Virus record (IMG/VR): IMGVR_UViG_2778261217_000006
Location: 1 to 39,933 of that record
From: a virus
Taxonomy: Duplodnaviria; Heunggongvirae; Uroviricota; Caudoviricetes
Strand: one strand, 5' to 3'
DNA length: 39,933 nt
Shown here: one piece after another, positions 27,022 through 36,465 of the stretch
Numbering within the stretch: the first letter of the stretch is position 1
Layout: the number at the start of each line of letters is the position of its first letter
Made by a program: the position numbers and the translations under genes
The notes under the pieces: model-generated
What the model saw: the letters and a program-made list of their open reading frames with translations, nothing else
Database searches by the model: none
What the model was told of the DNA's origin: nothing

Positions 27022-29436
27022 TCAATACAGGTTCCGCCACTTATCATCTTCCTGCAAACGCTGGTTCCGATAGAAGATACGCAGGCCTGCTCCTGACGGA
27101 ATACTGCCGCCGCGAATGAGTAAATCGACCTCTTTCTCGCTGCCATCAAATCCTCTGGACTTCAGTTCATAGACGAGCTGCTGTCGTTGATGGTCAGTAA
27201 TTCGCTGTTTGTAGTCTCTACGCCGTTTCGGTTTCACCAGGCGTAACCTTGCAGCCAGTTCCCGGCGCTCTTTTTTGTTCATACTGTGCAGGTAATCGTG
27301 CAACTCCTTGTCATCCATGCGGGTGATATCCGTTCTGGTATCCCCATCAGCTGATTTGTCTTTCCCTTGTTGGTACAAATTTTCAGCAAGGGGACAGTTA
27401 TTGCCACGAGTCCAAGGGGCGCAAGCGCCCTGGTCGGCTGCCGCCTCCTGAACGTCAACGGCCTTACGAACCATTTTCCACTTCACTGCATGAGTGCAGA
27501 TCTTGCCCTCTGCAATGGGTGACCAGATGCCATAAATACGAATACCGTGATCGCCATAGGCGGTCGGCTCTTCGTTAATTTCATAAGCAGTTCTGATGAG
27601 GTGATATTTACGGGGAACCAGTACACCTCCCTGCTTCATGATATAGGTGGCAAAACAACCAGCATCAGCAGCAGCCAGAATGGCATCAAGGCGCGGGTTA
27701 TCCAGTACCGGCACACCTGCTTTTTTGTCACCCTGCTGCCTTGCCGCCTGACCAGCCAGCAATCGCAGTTCACGGTAAGCCTGACGCCCCGGAATGCCAA
27801 AGAAGCGGAATTGCTGAACACGATGCAAAGACGCCCAGGCATTCACGTATTCAGCGTTATCACGCAGAGATTTACCCGTTTCCTTGCTGATCTCGCCAGC
27901 CAGACCACGCCCGTCAATGTTCTTGCTGATATATTTCGCGATGTAGCTTGTCGGCGTTCCTTTGCGCGGGTTAATCAACTCAGACTTAAAGCGTGGTCCC
28001 GTGTTATTCCCCAGCTCCTCGCGGTCTTCACGAATGGCAAACTTACGCAACAAAGCAGTAATGGCGCGGCGATCTTTTTTGCGCATGAAACACAACAGGT
28101 GCCAGTGAACTGTGCCGTCATGATGCGGCTCAGCCACCCGCACGCCATACCAGCGCAACCCGGCTTTGTGCATAGCCTTACGAAATGCAGCAAACATACC
28201 GACCAGATAATCGCTGCTTTGTCTTACTGTCGCGTTGGTCCAGGTCGGGTTTGGCCTGCCGTTATTTAGCGTGGAATGGAAACGTGACGGACAGGTGATG
28301 GTGTAGAAAACGGCGCAGTCACCACGCATTTCCGCGATAAGCTCCAGACCTTTAACGCAGGCCATCATCTCATTGCGGCGATGCGCCGGGTTGCTGCTGC
28401 TGGCGTTTACCACATCCTCCATGTCCAGCATGTCGCCGTCTTCGTTCACCAGTTCATGAGAACGGAAAAACTCCAGCGACTTACGGCGCTGCTCACGTTT
28501 ATGCATCACGGCTTCATAGCTGACATAGGGAGATGCTTTTTTGCTGACCAGACAGACAGCACGCAACTGCTCTTCCCGCCATTCGCAACGCATCTTCCAT
28601 AATTTCCGATACCACCAGTCGGCGCACAGCATACGCGCCAGCGAACCCGGAATGAGTTCATAGGGCACAGGTTTGCGGCGGTTTCTTTTCCGGCGGAGTT
28701 GCTCAAACGCAGGCGGTATGACATCCAGTCGCAGGGTTTCTGCTGCCACCTTTTCCCATGTCTTGCGGATTTCTTCCGGCTTAACATCATCGGAGGCGTA
28801 CAAATCACCACAAGCGGCATCAAGACACATGCTCATATGCGCAGCGACAAGGGTGGACAGGCGTTTCACCTGATCCTGACTCATTTCAGGCAGGATCAGC
28901 AGACCATCCAGCCCTTCATGGCTTGCCATAAAACGAAAAGATGCAGATAGCTGGCTGTCGCGTACATGCTCCAGTCGTTCCAGGCATGGCTTAATCGTCT
29001 CACGCAAATAGCGGGAATAAGCCTTTGGCCTGCCCAGGTTGCTGAAGTATTTAATACGTTGCATCAGCGGCTTGCTGATATGGGAAGGCTGGGCGTTGAC
29101 ATCCGCCAGAATGACCATGTCTGGATTAAAACGCTGCTGCTCATGCGCCAGCTTTGCCCGGCTAATTAGCTTATCCTGCTCCATTTCGCGCTGGACAGGA
29201 TCACGGGATTCATTAAAGAAATAACGCTCCCAGACCTGATCACTCAGTGCCTCGCGGCGCAGTTGTTCCTGCTCGTTATCGGCAGCGTACAGAGTGATCA
29301 GATTTGAAAGCGCAGAAACCGGCGCAACTTCCGCCGGGTCCAGATAAGGGTTAATGGCCTTTTTCGGGCTGTTCCATGAGAATGCTGCGGCAGCCTCGTT
29401 AAAGCCGCAGCAGTTGTTCATATCGGCATGACTCAT
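27022..29436 (-). CDS. A: Replication initiation endonuclease gpA (rolling-circle)
   Basis: 804 aa, P2/186 A-like. Confidence 0.9.
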   Translation of the reverse strand: MSHADMNNCCGFNEAAAAFSWNSPKKAINPYLDPAEVAPVSALSNLITLYAADNEQEQLRREALSDQVWERYFFNESRDPVQREMEQDKLISRAKLAHEQQRFNPDMVILADVNAQPSHISKPLMQRIKYFSNLGRPKAYSRYLRETIKPCLERLEHVRDSQLSASFRFMASHEGLDGLLILPEMSQDQVKRLSTLVAAHMSMCLDAACGDLYASDDVKPEEIRKTWEKVAAETLRLDVIPPAFEQLRRKRNRRKPVPYELIPGSLARMLCADWWYRKLWKMRCEWREEQLRAVCLVSKKASPYVSYEAVMHKREQRRKSLEFFRSHELVNEDGDMLDMEDVVNASSSNPAHRRNEMMACVKGLELIAEMRGDCAVFYTITCPSRFHSTLNNGRPNPTWTNATVRQSSDYLVGMFAAFRKAMHKAGLRWYGVRVAEPHHDGTVHWHLLCFMRKKDRRAITALLRKFAIREDREELGNNTGPRFKSELINPRKGTPTSYIAKYISKNIDGRGLAGEISKETGKSLRDNAEYVNAWASLHRVQQFRFFGIPGRQAYRELRLLAGQAARQQGDKKAGVPVLDNPRLDAILAAADAGCFATYIMKQGGVLVPRKYHLIRTAYEINEEPTAYGDHGIRIYGIWSPIAEGKICTHAVKWKMVRKAVDVQEAAADQGACAPWTRGNNCPLAENLYQQGKDKSADGDTRTDITRMDDKELHDYLHSMNKKERRELAARLRLVKPKRRRDYKQRITDHQRQQLVYELKSRGFDGSEKEVDLLIRGGSIPSGAGLRIFYRNQRLQEDDKWRNLY

Positions 29437-30290
29437 GCACGTACTCCGTACACGGCAGAACTGTCCACGCCACGCGAATAATCAAATCCCACCCAGCAGC
29501 GCGGCCCGGAAACAGCAATGATTTCTGTTGCTGATTTACCCTCGCCAGCTGCCACACCGATGCTGCGTTTTACCTTGATATAGTGGTGAGTAAAATTGCG
29601 ATACAGCGAACGGATCAGGGATGTGTCACTGTTAGAAACAATGACCGGATGTCCTTCTGATGACCGATGTTCAAGAACGGATGCCAGGTGATACTGGTCA
29701 TCTTCAGTGAAACCATCAGTGTGATAGCCGGAAAACGTACCGTCATACGGCGGATCGCAATACACCACATCCCCCGCCTTCAACATCGCCAGCGTTTCAT
29801 CAAAGCTGGCGCAGATAAACGTTGCTCGCTGGGCTTTTTCTGCAAATGCGCGAATTTCTTTTTCAGGGAAATACGGATTTTTATAATTACCGTAGGGAAT
29901 GTTGAAATGCCCGCTCTTGTTATAGCGACATAAACCACGGTAACCGTGACGATTGAGATACAGGAAATATACTGCTTTCATGAAATCAGTAATTTCAGTT
30001 GAGTAATTAAACTCCTGCCTTATGTTGTAATAAGCCATCTCCCTGTTTGCGTTCTCAAATAAAACTCTGGCGCGAGATATAAACGATTCACAATCAGCAG
30101 CAACCTTTTTATAGAGGTTGATTAAATCAGGATTAATATCCGCAACAAGATAGCTGGGGTACTCCGTCTCCATCATCACTGCACAGGAACCCGCGAAAGG
30201 TTCAACCAGTCGCGGGCCAGCAGGAAGATGCTTTTTCAGTTCGGACATAATGGCGGTTTTATTTCCCGCCCATTTCAGGATGGTGCTCAT
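29433..30290 (-). CDS. DNA adenine methyltransferase (Dam family)
   Basis: ILKWAGNK and DPPY motifs; start set at the ATG with GGAGGTG upstream (the track ORF begins at 30350). Confidence 0.85.
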   Translation of the reverse strand: MSTILKWAGNKTAIMSELKKHLPAGPRLVEPFAGSCAVMMETEYPSYLVADINPDLINLYKKVAADCESFISRARVLFENANREMAYYNIRQEFNYSTEITDFMKAVYFLYLNRHGYRGLCRYNKSGHFNIPYGNYKNPYFPEKEIRAFAEKAQRATFICASFDETLAMLKAGDVVYCDPPYDGTFSGYHTDGFTEDDQYHLASVLEHRSSEGHPVIVSNSDTSLIRSLYRNFTHHYIKVKRSIGVAAGEGKSATEIIAVSGPRCWVGFDYSRGVDSSAVYGVRA

Positions 30291-30514
30291 ACAGCACCTC
30301 CGTTGTAATGTTTGCCTTTCAGCTCTGCGATTTCCTGACAGGTAATGCAAAGCTGCACACCCGGAATGGCACGACGGCGTGCTGGCGGAATTGGCGCTTC
30401 ACACTCAACGCAAAGCACGCGGGACACGCCCGGCGTTTTGGCACGGGCAGCACGGATATGACGTTGGCGTTCTTCTTCAACTCGCTGCTGTACGAGATCC
30501 ATTGCATCAGCCAT
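30287..30514 (-). CDS. TraR/DksA-family C4 zinc-finger protein
   Basis: 75 aa with CVECEAPIP...CITCQ. Confidence 0.7.
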   Translation of the reverse strand: MADAMDLVQQRVEEERQRHIRAARAKTPGVSRVLCVECEAPIPPARRRAIPGVQLCITCQEIAELKGKHYNGGAV

Positions 30515-30744
30515 TAGTGCCAGTCTCCCCGTGATTCAGCTTCATAACGTGCCACTTCACGGCGCAGCAATTCCGCCGCTTCCACTCCATTCATACCCTC
30601 TCGAAGAATGTGGATCGCCAGTGATTCCATTCGTATTGAAACGGAAAAAGCACAGGTGCGGCGCTCGTCAATTCTTGCTTCATTAAATAATTGCTCCAGT
30701 TCTGTTTTTCCTGTTTTGCGCGGAATTGATAAAACATTAGCCAT
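30514..30744 (-). CDS. Small hypothetical protein (76 aa), paralog of the next gene
   Basis: Shares A[AR][IL]DER..C.FS.S.R......I..E.M.G.EA.ELLRRE...YEAE with the 30737..30979 product. Confidence 0.5.
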   Translation of the reverse strand: MANVLSIPRKTGKTELEQLFNEARIDERRTCAFSVSIRMESLAIHILREGMNGVEAAELLRREVARYEAESRGDWH

Positions 30745-30979
30745 TACTTCCTACCTCCTTTGCTTCAGCTTCATAGATTTCACTTTCACGGCGCAGTAAT
30801 TCCACCGCTTCTTCTCCACTCATACTCTCTTGCGCAATTTGTAACGCCATTTGCAGCAGTCGGTTTGAAAAGGAAAACGTGCAATTTTTTCGTTCATCCA
30901 GACGAGCGGCGTTAATCATCTGGCACAGACCAGTATCATCTGGTCCGGTTTTGGTGGTGCTGGTTTCAGTATTTCGCAT
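30737..30979 (-). CDS. Small hypothetical protein (80 aa), paralog of the previous gene
   Basis: Tandem duplicate pattern; overlaps its neighbour by 8 nt. Confidence 0.5.
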   Translation of the reverse strand: MRNTETSTTKTGPDDTGLCQMINAARLDERKNCTFSFSNRLLQMALQIAQESMSGEEAVELLRRESEIYEAEAKEVGSNG

Positions 30980-31046
30980 TGTTGTTTCTCCTGAACTTTG
31001 GCAATAAGAAGCCCGGCGGGTTTACGCCATTAATTTCATTAGTTGG

Positions 31047-31388
31047 TTAATTCGGCATGGTTAGCCGTCTGGGAAATAAGCTCACCACTGCACGAAGATG
31101 ATTCATTACTTTAATCAACTCCCGCTTTTCGTCAGTGGTCAGTTCATTAATGCTGATGCTATGACGTTCAGCTGGAATTTTTGCTATAAAGAATATAGCA
31201 GCCAGTGCCCGTTTATTTCGTTCATAATTAACATCCCGTGGATCACGTATATCTTTAATAAACCGCTCAAGCTCTGACTCAATATTCAGGCCAAATACTT
31301 TCGCCCTTAACTCCGCAATATGATTAAGTCCATTCAGGCGTTCACCTGGGCTTAATGGAACAGTCGCCGCAGCGCCATTAATTGCCAT
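31047..31388 (-). CDS. Hypothetical early protein (113 aa)
   Basis: Co-directional ORF in the early operon; no recognisable family. Confidence 0.5.
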   Translation of the reverse strand: MAINGAAATVPLSPGERLNGLNHIAELRAKVFGLNIESELERFIKDIRDPRDVNYERNKRALAAIFFIAKIPAERHSISINELTTDEKRELIKVMNHLRAVVSLFPRRLTMPN

Positions 31389-31410
31389 AATTCATATCCC
31401 CCAAACGCAG

Positions 31411-31635
31411 CTATCGTTCTTTGTTCTTACGGTAACGCTCAAGAGGAGATACATTTTTTCGTATCGTCTCTTTAACCTGCTCTCCCCGTAAAAACGTCCC
31501 ATCCTTTAACGTGAAAAAGTAACTGCCATCGCCCGACAATGACGGATAGCAACAGAGCAAATCATCTTCAGGTACTGAATAACTCTCCCCTCTGTAACGA
31601 AACTGATAAACCACTTCACTTTCTGCCGCATACAT
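31411..31635 (-). CDS. Hypothetical early protein (74 aa)
   Basis: ATG preceded by GGAG. Confidence 0.45.
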   Translation of the reverse strand: MYAAESEVVYQFRYRGESYSVPEDDLLCCYPSLSGDGSYFFTLKDGTFLRGEQVKETIRKNVSPLERYRKNKER

Positions 31636-31802
31636 TTGGACTTTCTCCGTTTCCTCGTGGTCAATTCAGACAGCAATTCATCTTGTGAATGACATGGATG
31701 CCAGCGTTTTCCATCCTCACCCATGATCCAGCCGTGACCGTAGTGCATTGCCGGGCTTTGTTTAACAAGCAGCGATGCAAATGATGGTTCTTTCGTAAGC
31801 AT
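31506..31802 (-). CDS. Hypothetical early protein (about 99 aa), overlaps the previous gene in another frame
   Basis: ATG at 31802 preceded by GAGGTG; whether the whole ORF is translated is unclear. Confidence 0.35.
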   Translation of the reverse strand: MLTKEPSFASLLVKQSPAMHYGHGWIMGEDGKRWHPCHSQDELLSELTTRKRRKSKCMRQKVKWFISFVTEGRVIQYLKMICSVAIRHCRAMAVTFSR

Positions 31803-31809
31803 AAGCACC

Positions 31810-32319
31810 TCACAGCAAACCGAATGAAGCACCGAGGCCAGTCACGGTATCAACTGCACTCGCCATCGCAGGGTTAGCCTGTAAACGGGCCTGCAATGAA
31901 ACAGCAGTCAGCGCCATCAGTCGTGTTACAGAGTTAATGCTGCTGATAGCATCACGACGACCTGCACTGGTTTTTACATCGCCAGATACCGCACCTGCAG
32001 CAACACGCCCGATCTCTGCGGTTGCACTCATGACGTAATGTGGCAGTTTCTCTTTTGCCACCTCATTAATTGGTACGCATGGCAGGCAGTGAATCTGTGC
32101 CAGAAAGCCATCTACCAGCGTTGAATCTTCAGTCAGATCGGTAAGCAACCAGATTTCTGGCGCTGTGAGCTGATGCGGTTGATCTGGGTTGAGTTTGTTT
32201 CGCAGTGTCTGAACATTCATTCCTGCACGTTCTGCCAGCTTCGCCATATTGTGGCGTAGTGCAAAAGCTCTACAGGCTTCATCAAAATGCGGATGTTTGG
32301 AAATCTTGTAATCAAACAT
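31810..32319 (-). CDS. cII: CII-like lysogeny-establishment transcription activator (phage 186 CII family)
   Basis: 169 aa; near full-length resemblance to 186 CII as I recall it (HNMAKLAERAGMNVQTLRNKLNP...TDLTEDSTLVDGFLAQIHCLP). Confidence 0.8.
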   Translation of the reverse strand: MFDYKISKHPHFDEACRAFALRHNMAKLAERAGMNVQTLRNKLNPDQPHQLTAPEIWLLTDLTEDSTLVDGFLAQIHCLPCVPINEVAKEKLPHYVMSATAEIGRVAAGAVSGDVKTSAGRRDAISSINSVTRLMALTAVSLQARLQANPAMASAVDTVTGLGASFGLL

Positions 32320-32351
32320 GCTGCCCCCTTAGAAAGTTCTCATAATTGAAC

Positions 32352-32600
32352 TTAGCCACCAACGATGACATTAAAATTGAAATTGGATTGGCCCATGTTT
32401 TTCCTGACTTGTTCCTTTTTGTACTCAAGGTAACGTATACATACTCTGTCTTTCGGTTTTTCCTTTTTTTCCAAGAACTTAGCGAGCTTACCATTATGAA
32501 TCATTTGATATACCGAACCGCGAGAGCGGCCTTCCCATTCCGCGAACTCTGCAGGTGTCGCCATCACTTTTGGTACACGAATTGAAATGTCGTTGCTCAT
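32352..32600 (-). CDS. Apl/Cox-like small DNA-binding regulator/excisionase, first lytic-operon gene
   Basis: 82 aa basic protein, divergent from cI. Confidence 0.55.
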   Translation of the reverse strand: MSNDISIRVPKVMATPAEFAEWEGRSRGSVYQMIHNGKLAKFLEKKEKPKDRVCIRYLEYKKEQVRKNMGQSNFNFNVIVGG

Positions 32601-32777
32601 AGTGCAGTATCTCTTGGTTTAAGCTCGTTTTATGATGTTTAACCCCAACTTCTAAACTCTCATATTAGAAGTTAAATACAAAAATACGATCTCGTTATTG
32701 GATTGTCAAATGGAGAGTTCATCTTGAAGATTAGTACAGGTGCAAATACGGGAGGGAGAGAGACCATCAAAAGGCTG

Positions 32778-33353
32778 ATGACAGCCTATGGTTTCAACAC
32801 TCAGATAGCGTTGGTTGAACACCTCGAAGCATCAAAAAGCACCATGGCAAACAGGATGTTACGTGATAGCTTCCCTGCTGACTGGGTTATTCAATGTGCC
32901 CTTGAAACAGGTATTTCTCTTCTTTGGCTGACAACGGGCCAAGGGGAAATGTATCCTCAAACAGAAGAAAAAAATAAGTTCAAAAACGAGAGTTCACCTA
33001 CAGTTCGCCCCCTTTCAAAGATAGTTATCCCATCAGTAAGGCAGGCAACCATTGAGAACGGAACGCTCGAAGAGATGGGGGATGTTTTCCTTGATCAGAC
33101 TTTGATACCCGGAAAAGCCGAATATTGTTTGTACGTCAAAGCTAACGACGGCAATTACATTGTTGATACATCAACAAAACAGCTTAGTAACGGAATTTGG
33201 CTCATAGACATCGACGGTATGAAAAACATCGTCAAAATTGCGCGCATACCTGGAAACAAAATAGTAGTTAACCAAGATGACACTTCATTTGAATGTTCTG
33301 TAGATGATGTGGAAGTCGTAGGACGTGCAGTCAAAGTAATCAAGAACCTCTAA
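32778..33353 (+). CDS. cI: Immunity repressor CI (186 CI-like, no S24 peptidase domain)
   Basis: N-terminal HTH ending CALETGISLLWLTTGQGE; start set at the ATG at 32778 giving 191 aa (the track ORF begins at a TTG at 32703). Confidence 0.7.
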   Translation: MTAYGFNTQIALVEHLEASKSTMANRMLRDSFPADWVIQCALETGISLLWLTTGQGEMYPQTEEKNKFKNESSPTVRPLSKIVIPSVRQATIENGTLEEMGDVFLDQTLIPGKAEYCLYVKANDGNYIVDTSTKQLSNGIWLIDIDGMKNIVKIARIPGNKIVVNQDDTSFECSVDDVEVVGRAVKVIKNL

Positions 33354-33356
33354 CTT

Positions 33357-34382
33357 ATGACCATCAGAAAACAGCCGAACGGAAAGTGGTTATGTGAATG
33401 CTACCCAAACGGGAGAGATGGCAAACGCGTACGCAAACAATTTGCGACGAAAGGCGAAGCCATTGCGTTTGAGAATTTCACCATGGATGAGGTAAACAAG
33501 AAACCTTGGCTGGGAGAAAAGGAAGATCGGCGACAACTGTCAGAAGTGATTGAGCAATGGTATTCCCTGTACGGTCAGACACTCGCTGACCCTAAGCGAT
33601 TAATGGCTAAGTTAAAAATCATTTGTAATGGACTTGGCGATCCCATCGCTTCTGAATTGACAGCAGGTGATTTCACAAAGTACCGGGAAGCCAGATTAAA
33701 AGGTGAGGTCAAAAACGAAGATGGCGTGCTCATGTCACCGGTTAAGCCCAGAACGGTGAACCTTGAACAGCGTAACCTATCCTCAGTTTTTGGCACACTG
33801 AAAAAGCTGGGACATTGGTCTGCACCCAACCCCCTCGCCGGTCTGCCAACTTTCAAAATTGCAGAAGGTGAACTGGCGTTCCTTGCTGCTGATGAAATCA
33901 AACGCCTGCTTGACGCATGTGCTGAATCTCAAAGTCCCAGTCTGCTAATGATTGCCAAGATTTGCCTGGCTACCGGGGCAAGATGGAGCGAAGCCGAAAA
34001 CCTGCAAGGTAACCAGATATCAAAGTATCGAATTACCTATACCAAAACAAAAGGAAAGAAAAACCGAACTGTTCCTATTTCTCAGGAACTGTATGAAGAA
34101 TTACCCAAAAACAGAGGAAAGTTATTCACACCATGCCGAAAGGCTTTTGAGCGTGCGGTAAAACGAGCTGGAATTGAACTACCTGAAGGTCAATGTACCC
34201 ACGTTCTGCGCCACACTTTCGCCAGTCACTTTATGATGAACGGCGGAAACATTTTGGTATTGAGGGATATTTTAGGACACGCTGATATTAAAATGACCAT
34301 GATTTATGCCCATTTTGCACCGGATCATCTGGAAGATGCCGTTACCAAAAATCCACTTCATAACCTCAACTGGCATCGCTAA
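33357..34382 (+). CDS. int: Tyrosine integrase (P2/186 type)
   Basis: 341 aa with catalytic RHRY context (ARWSE, HVLRHTF, MIYAHF); 4 nt after cI and about 120 bp from the att repeat. Confidence 0.9.
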   Translation: MTIRKQPNGKWLCECYPNGRDGKRVRKQFATKGEAIAFENFTMDEVNKKPWLGEKEDRRQLSEVIEQWYSLYGQTLADPKRLMAKLKIICNGLGDPIASELTAGDFTKYREARLKGEVKNEDGVLMSPVKPRTVNLEQRNLSSVFGTLKKLGHWSAPNPLAGLPTFKIAEGELAFLAADEIKRLLDACAESQSPSLLMIAKICLATGARWSEAENLQGNQISKYRITYTKTKGKKNRTVPISQELYEELPKNRGKLFTPCRKAFERAVKRAGIELPEGQCTHVLRHTFASHFMMNGGNILVLRDILGHADIKMTMIYAHFAPDHLEDAVTKNPLHNLNWHR

Positions 34383-34499
34383 TAAATGGCGGCATTTTGG
34401 CGGCAGAACACTAAAAACAAGTAAAACAAGCAAATACAGACTAACACTAACACAATGATTTAAAATAAAAAAATATGATTTTGTTAGTATAAAAATGGT

Positions 34500-34544
34500 A
34501 TGTAGGAATTTCGGACGCGGGTTCAACTCCCGCCAGCTCCACCA
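34500..34544 (+). repeat. attR core: second copy of the 45-bp ssrA 3'-end repeat; also the left boundary of the next island
   Basis: Identical to 1016..1060. Confidence 0.85.
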
Positions 34545-34709
34545 CTTTTTAGTTGTTTGAAGTTCAATGAAGTCTACTAAGCCCACACAGCACAAGCTCT
34601 GCGGGCTTTTTTACGTCTATTGTCGTCCAGTGAGAATTGCTGAGAACTACGAGTTATGGCACCCTGAATGGGACCCATTAAGAAGGGTCCAAAAACCGAG
34701 GGTCCCAAA

Positions 34710-35939
34710 ATGGCAAAAATCGCTAAGAAGCTCACTGACACTGAAATCAAAAGCACCAAGCCAGCCGATAAAGAAATCAACTTGTTTGACGGTGATGGTC
34801 TGATTCTACGAATCGCTCCTTTGGCGAAAGGAGGCAAGAAAAATTGGTATTTCAGGTATGCAGTACCAGTGAGCAAGAAAAGAACCAAAATGAGCCTTGG
34901 GACATATCCTCACCTTACCCTTGCAAGAGCCAGAGCCTTACGTGATGAATATCTCTCCTTTCTGGCAAATGGTGTTGATCCCCAAATCCATAACAACGAT
35001 AAGGCGAAGGCATTAAAGAGTGCTACTGAGCACACTCTCCAAGCCGTAGCGCGGAAATGGTTAGATGAGAAGGTAAAGACATCAGGTATCTCACAAGACC
35101 ATGCAGCAGACATCTGGCGCAGCTTAGAGAGAAATGTCTTTCCCGGTCTGGGTAATGTCCCTATCAATGAGATCCGACCTAAGCTCTTAAAACAACACCT
35201 TGATCCTATTGAGCAACGAGGCGTATTGGAAACTCTACGCCGTATCATTTCACGTCTGAATGAAATCTTCCGGTGGGCAGCTACTGAAGAACTTATTGAG
35301 TTCAACCCGGCTGACAACCTTGGTCAAAGATTCAGTAAACCAAAAAAGCAAAATATGCCTGCCCTTCCCCCAAGCGAATTGCCAAGGTTTATGGAATCTT
35401 TGACGAATGCGTCAATCCGGTTGGAAACACGTATGCTAATTGAATGGCAATTGTTGACATGGGTTCGTCCGGGTGAAGCCGTTCGCGCAAGGTGGTCTGA
35501 TATTGATACAACCAACAGCATTTGGAACATTCCTGCTGATTTCATGAAAATGAAAAAGCTTCACAAAGTTCCTTTGAGTAAAGAAGCTTTGCGCATCCTT
35601 GAATTAATGAAATCAATAAGTGGGCATAGAGAATGGGTTTTCCCCAGCATAAAAGCGCCTCTTAATCATATGCATGAACAAACAGCCAACGCAGCTATCA
35701 TCCGAATGGGGTTCGGAGGCGAGCTTGTAGCTCACGGTATGCGTTCTATTGCACGAACAGCGGCAGAGGAGTCTGGTAAATTCAGAGCTGAAGTTCTTGA
35801 GGCAGCGCTTGCCCACTCGAAAAAAGATGAAATTATCGCAGCATACAATCGTGCAGAATATCTGATAGAGCGACAGAGTTTGATGCAATGGTGGAGTGAT
35901 TACGTTCAAGCTCAAAGATCAAATGCTCTGGTAGCCTAA
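34710..35939 (+). CDS. P4-type tyrosine integrase (IntA-like)
   Basis: Begins MAKIAKKLTDTEIKSTKPADKEINLFDGDGL..., the typical P4-integrase N-terminus; ATG at 34710 has GAGGG upstream (the track ORF starts at 34668). Confidence 0.85.
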   Translation: MAKIAKKLTDTEIKSTKPADKEINLFDGDGLILRIAPLAKGGKKNWYFRYAVPVSKKRTKMSLGTYPHLTLARARALRDEYLSFLANGVDPQIHNNDKAKALKSATEHTLQAVARKWLDEKVKTSGISQDHAADIWRSLERNVFPGLGNVPINEIRPKLLKQHLDPIEQRGVLETLRRIISRLNEIFRWAATEELIEFNPADNLGQRFSKPKKQNMPALPPSELPRFMESLTNASIRLETRMLIEWQLLTWVRPGEAVRARWSDIDTTNSIWNIPADFMKMKKLHKVPLSKEALRILELMKSISGHREWVFPSIKAPLNHMHEQTANAAIIRMGFGGELVAHGMRSIARTAAEESGKFRAEVLEAALAHSKKDEIIAAYNRAEYLIERQSLMQWWSDYVQAQRSNALVA

Positions 35940-35977
35940 GTATCAGAATAGCTAATATAATCCTGAAGGTAAAGAAA

Positions 35978-36394
35978 ATGGAAACCCTATTCAAAGTTTT
36001 TGAAAAATTTAGTTCCAGACCACTTTTTTTTATTTTTTTCGGACTCTCACTTTGTGAATTTTTTCAGAAACAATCTGTTCTGATGAATCCATCAGCAGAT
36101 AACATCGCGAAATTATTCGCAGCCATGATATTAGTTGTTTTTTTTACTTGGGGATTTGAATGGCTAATCTTCAAGTTCAATGTAAACCTTGAACCTCATG
36201 ATCAAGGCGATATTGGACCAACAATTGGAACGGCTACTTTAGCTGTATACTTAGTTTATGCCTTTCACTTTCTCAGTGAAAATCCTGAAGCATTAAATTT
36301 AAAGTTATTAACTAACTCTGGCTTTATATACAGCACAACTCTATTATTATTCTCATTAGAATGCATGAAGCTTAGAAGACTTAAACAAAAATAA
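35978..36394 (+). CDS. Small hydrophobic membrane protein (138 aa), hypothetical
   Basis: Several predicted transmembrane stretches; AT-rich; AAGG upstream of the ATG. Confidence 0.45.
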   Translation: METLFKVFEKFSSRPLFFIFFGLSLCEFFQKQSVLMNPSADNIAKLFAAMILVVFFTWGFEWLIFKFNVNLEPHDQGDIGPTIGTATLAVYLVYAFHFLSENPEALNLKLLTNSGFIYSTTLLLFSLECMKLRRLKQK

Positions 36395-36465
36395 ACAACA
36401 TCATTGTGATGATAAATATAAAATAGGCATGGCGAAAAAAAATCACCACGCCTAAAATATAATAA

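Larger units (their letters stand above)
1061..34544. mobile_element. P2/186-like (peduovirus-type) prophage integrated in the ssrA 3' end
   Basis: Bounded by the 45-bp direct repeats; full P2-type gene order (ogr, D...Q, cos candidate, A, cII/apl/cI/int) with the integrase adjacent to the right repeat. Confidence 0.9.

Noticed and set aside
27547-28269. 240-aa plus-strand ORF inside replication gene A
   Set aside because: Antisense to a long well-supported gene; no start context.
32703-32777. TTG start giving a 216-aa CI
   Set aside because: Non-ATG start without clear ribosome-binding site; the ATG at 32778 gives a 191-aa product matching 186-type CI length and has an AGG upstream.
34668-34709. 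Upstream ATG (MGPIKKGPKTEGPK...) as start of the P4-type integrase
   Set aside because: No ribosome-binding site; the ATG at 34710 has GAGGG upstream and gives the typical P4-integrase N-terminus.
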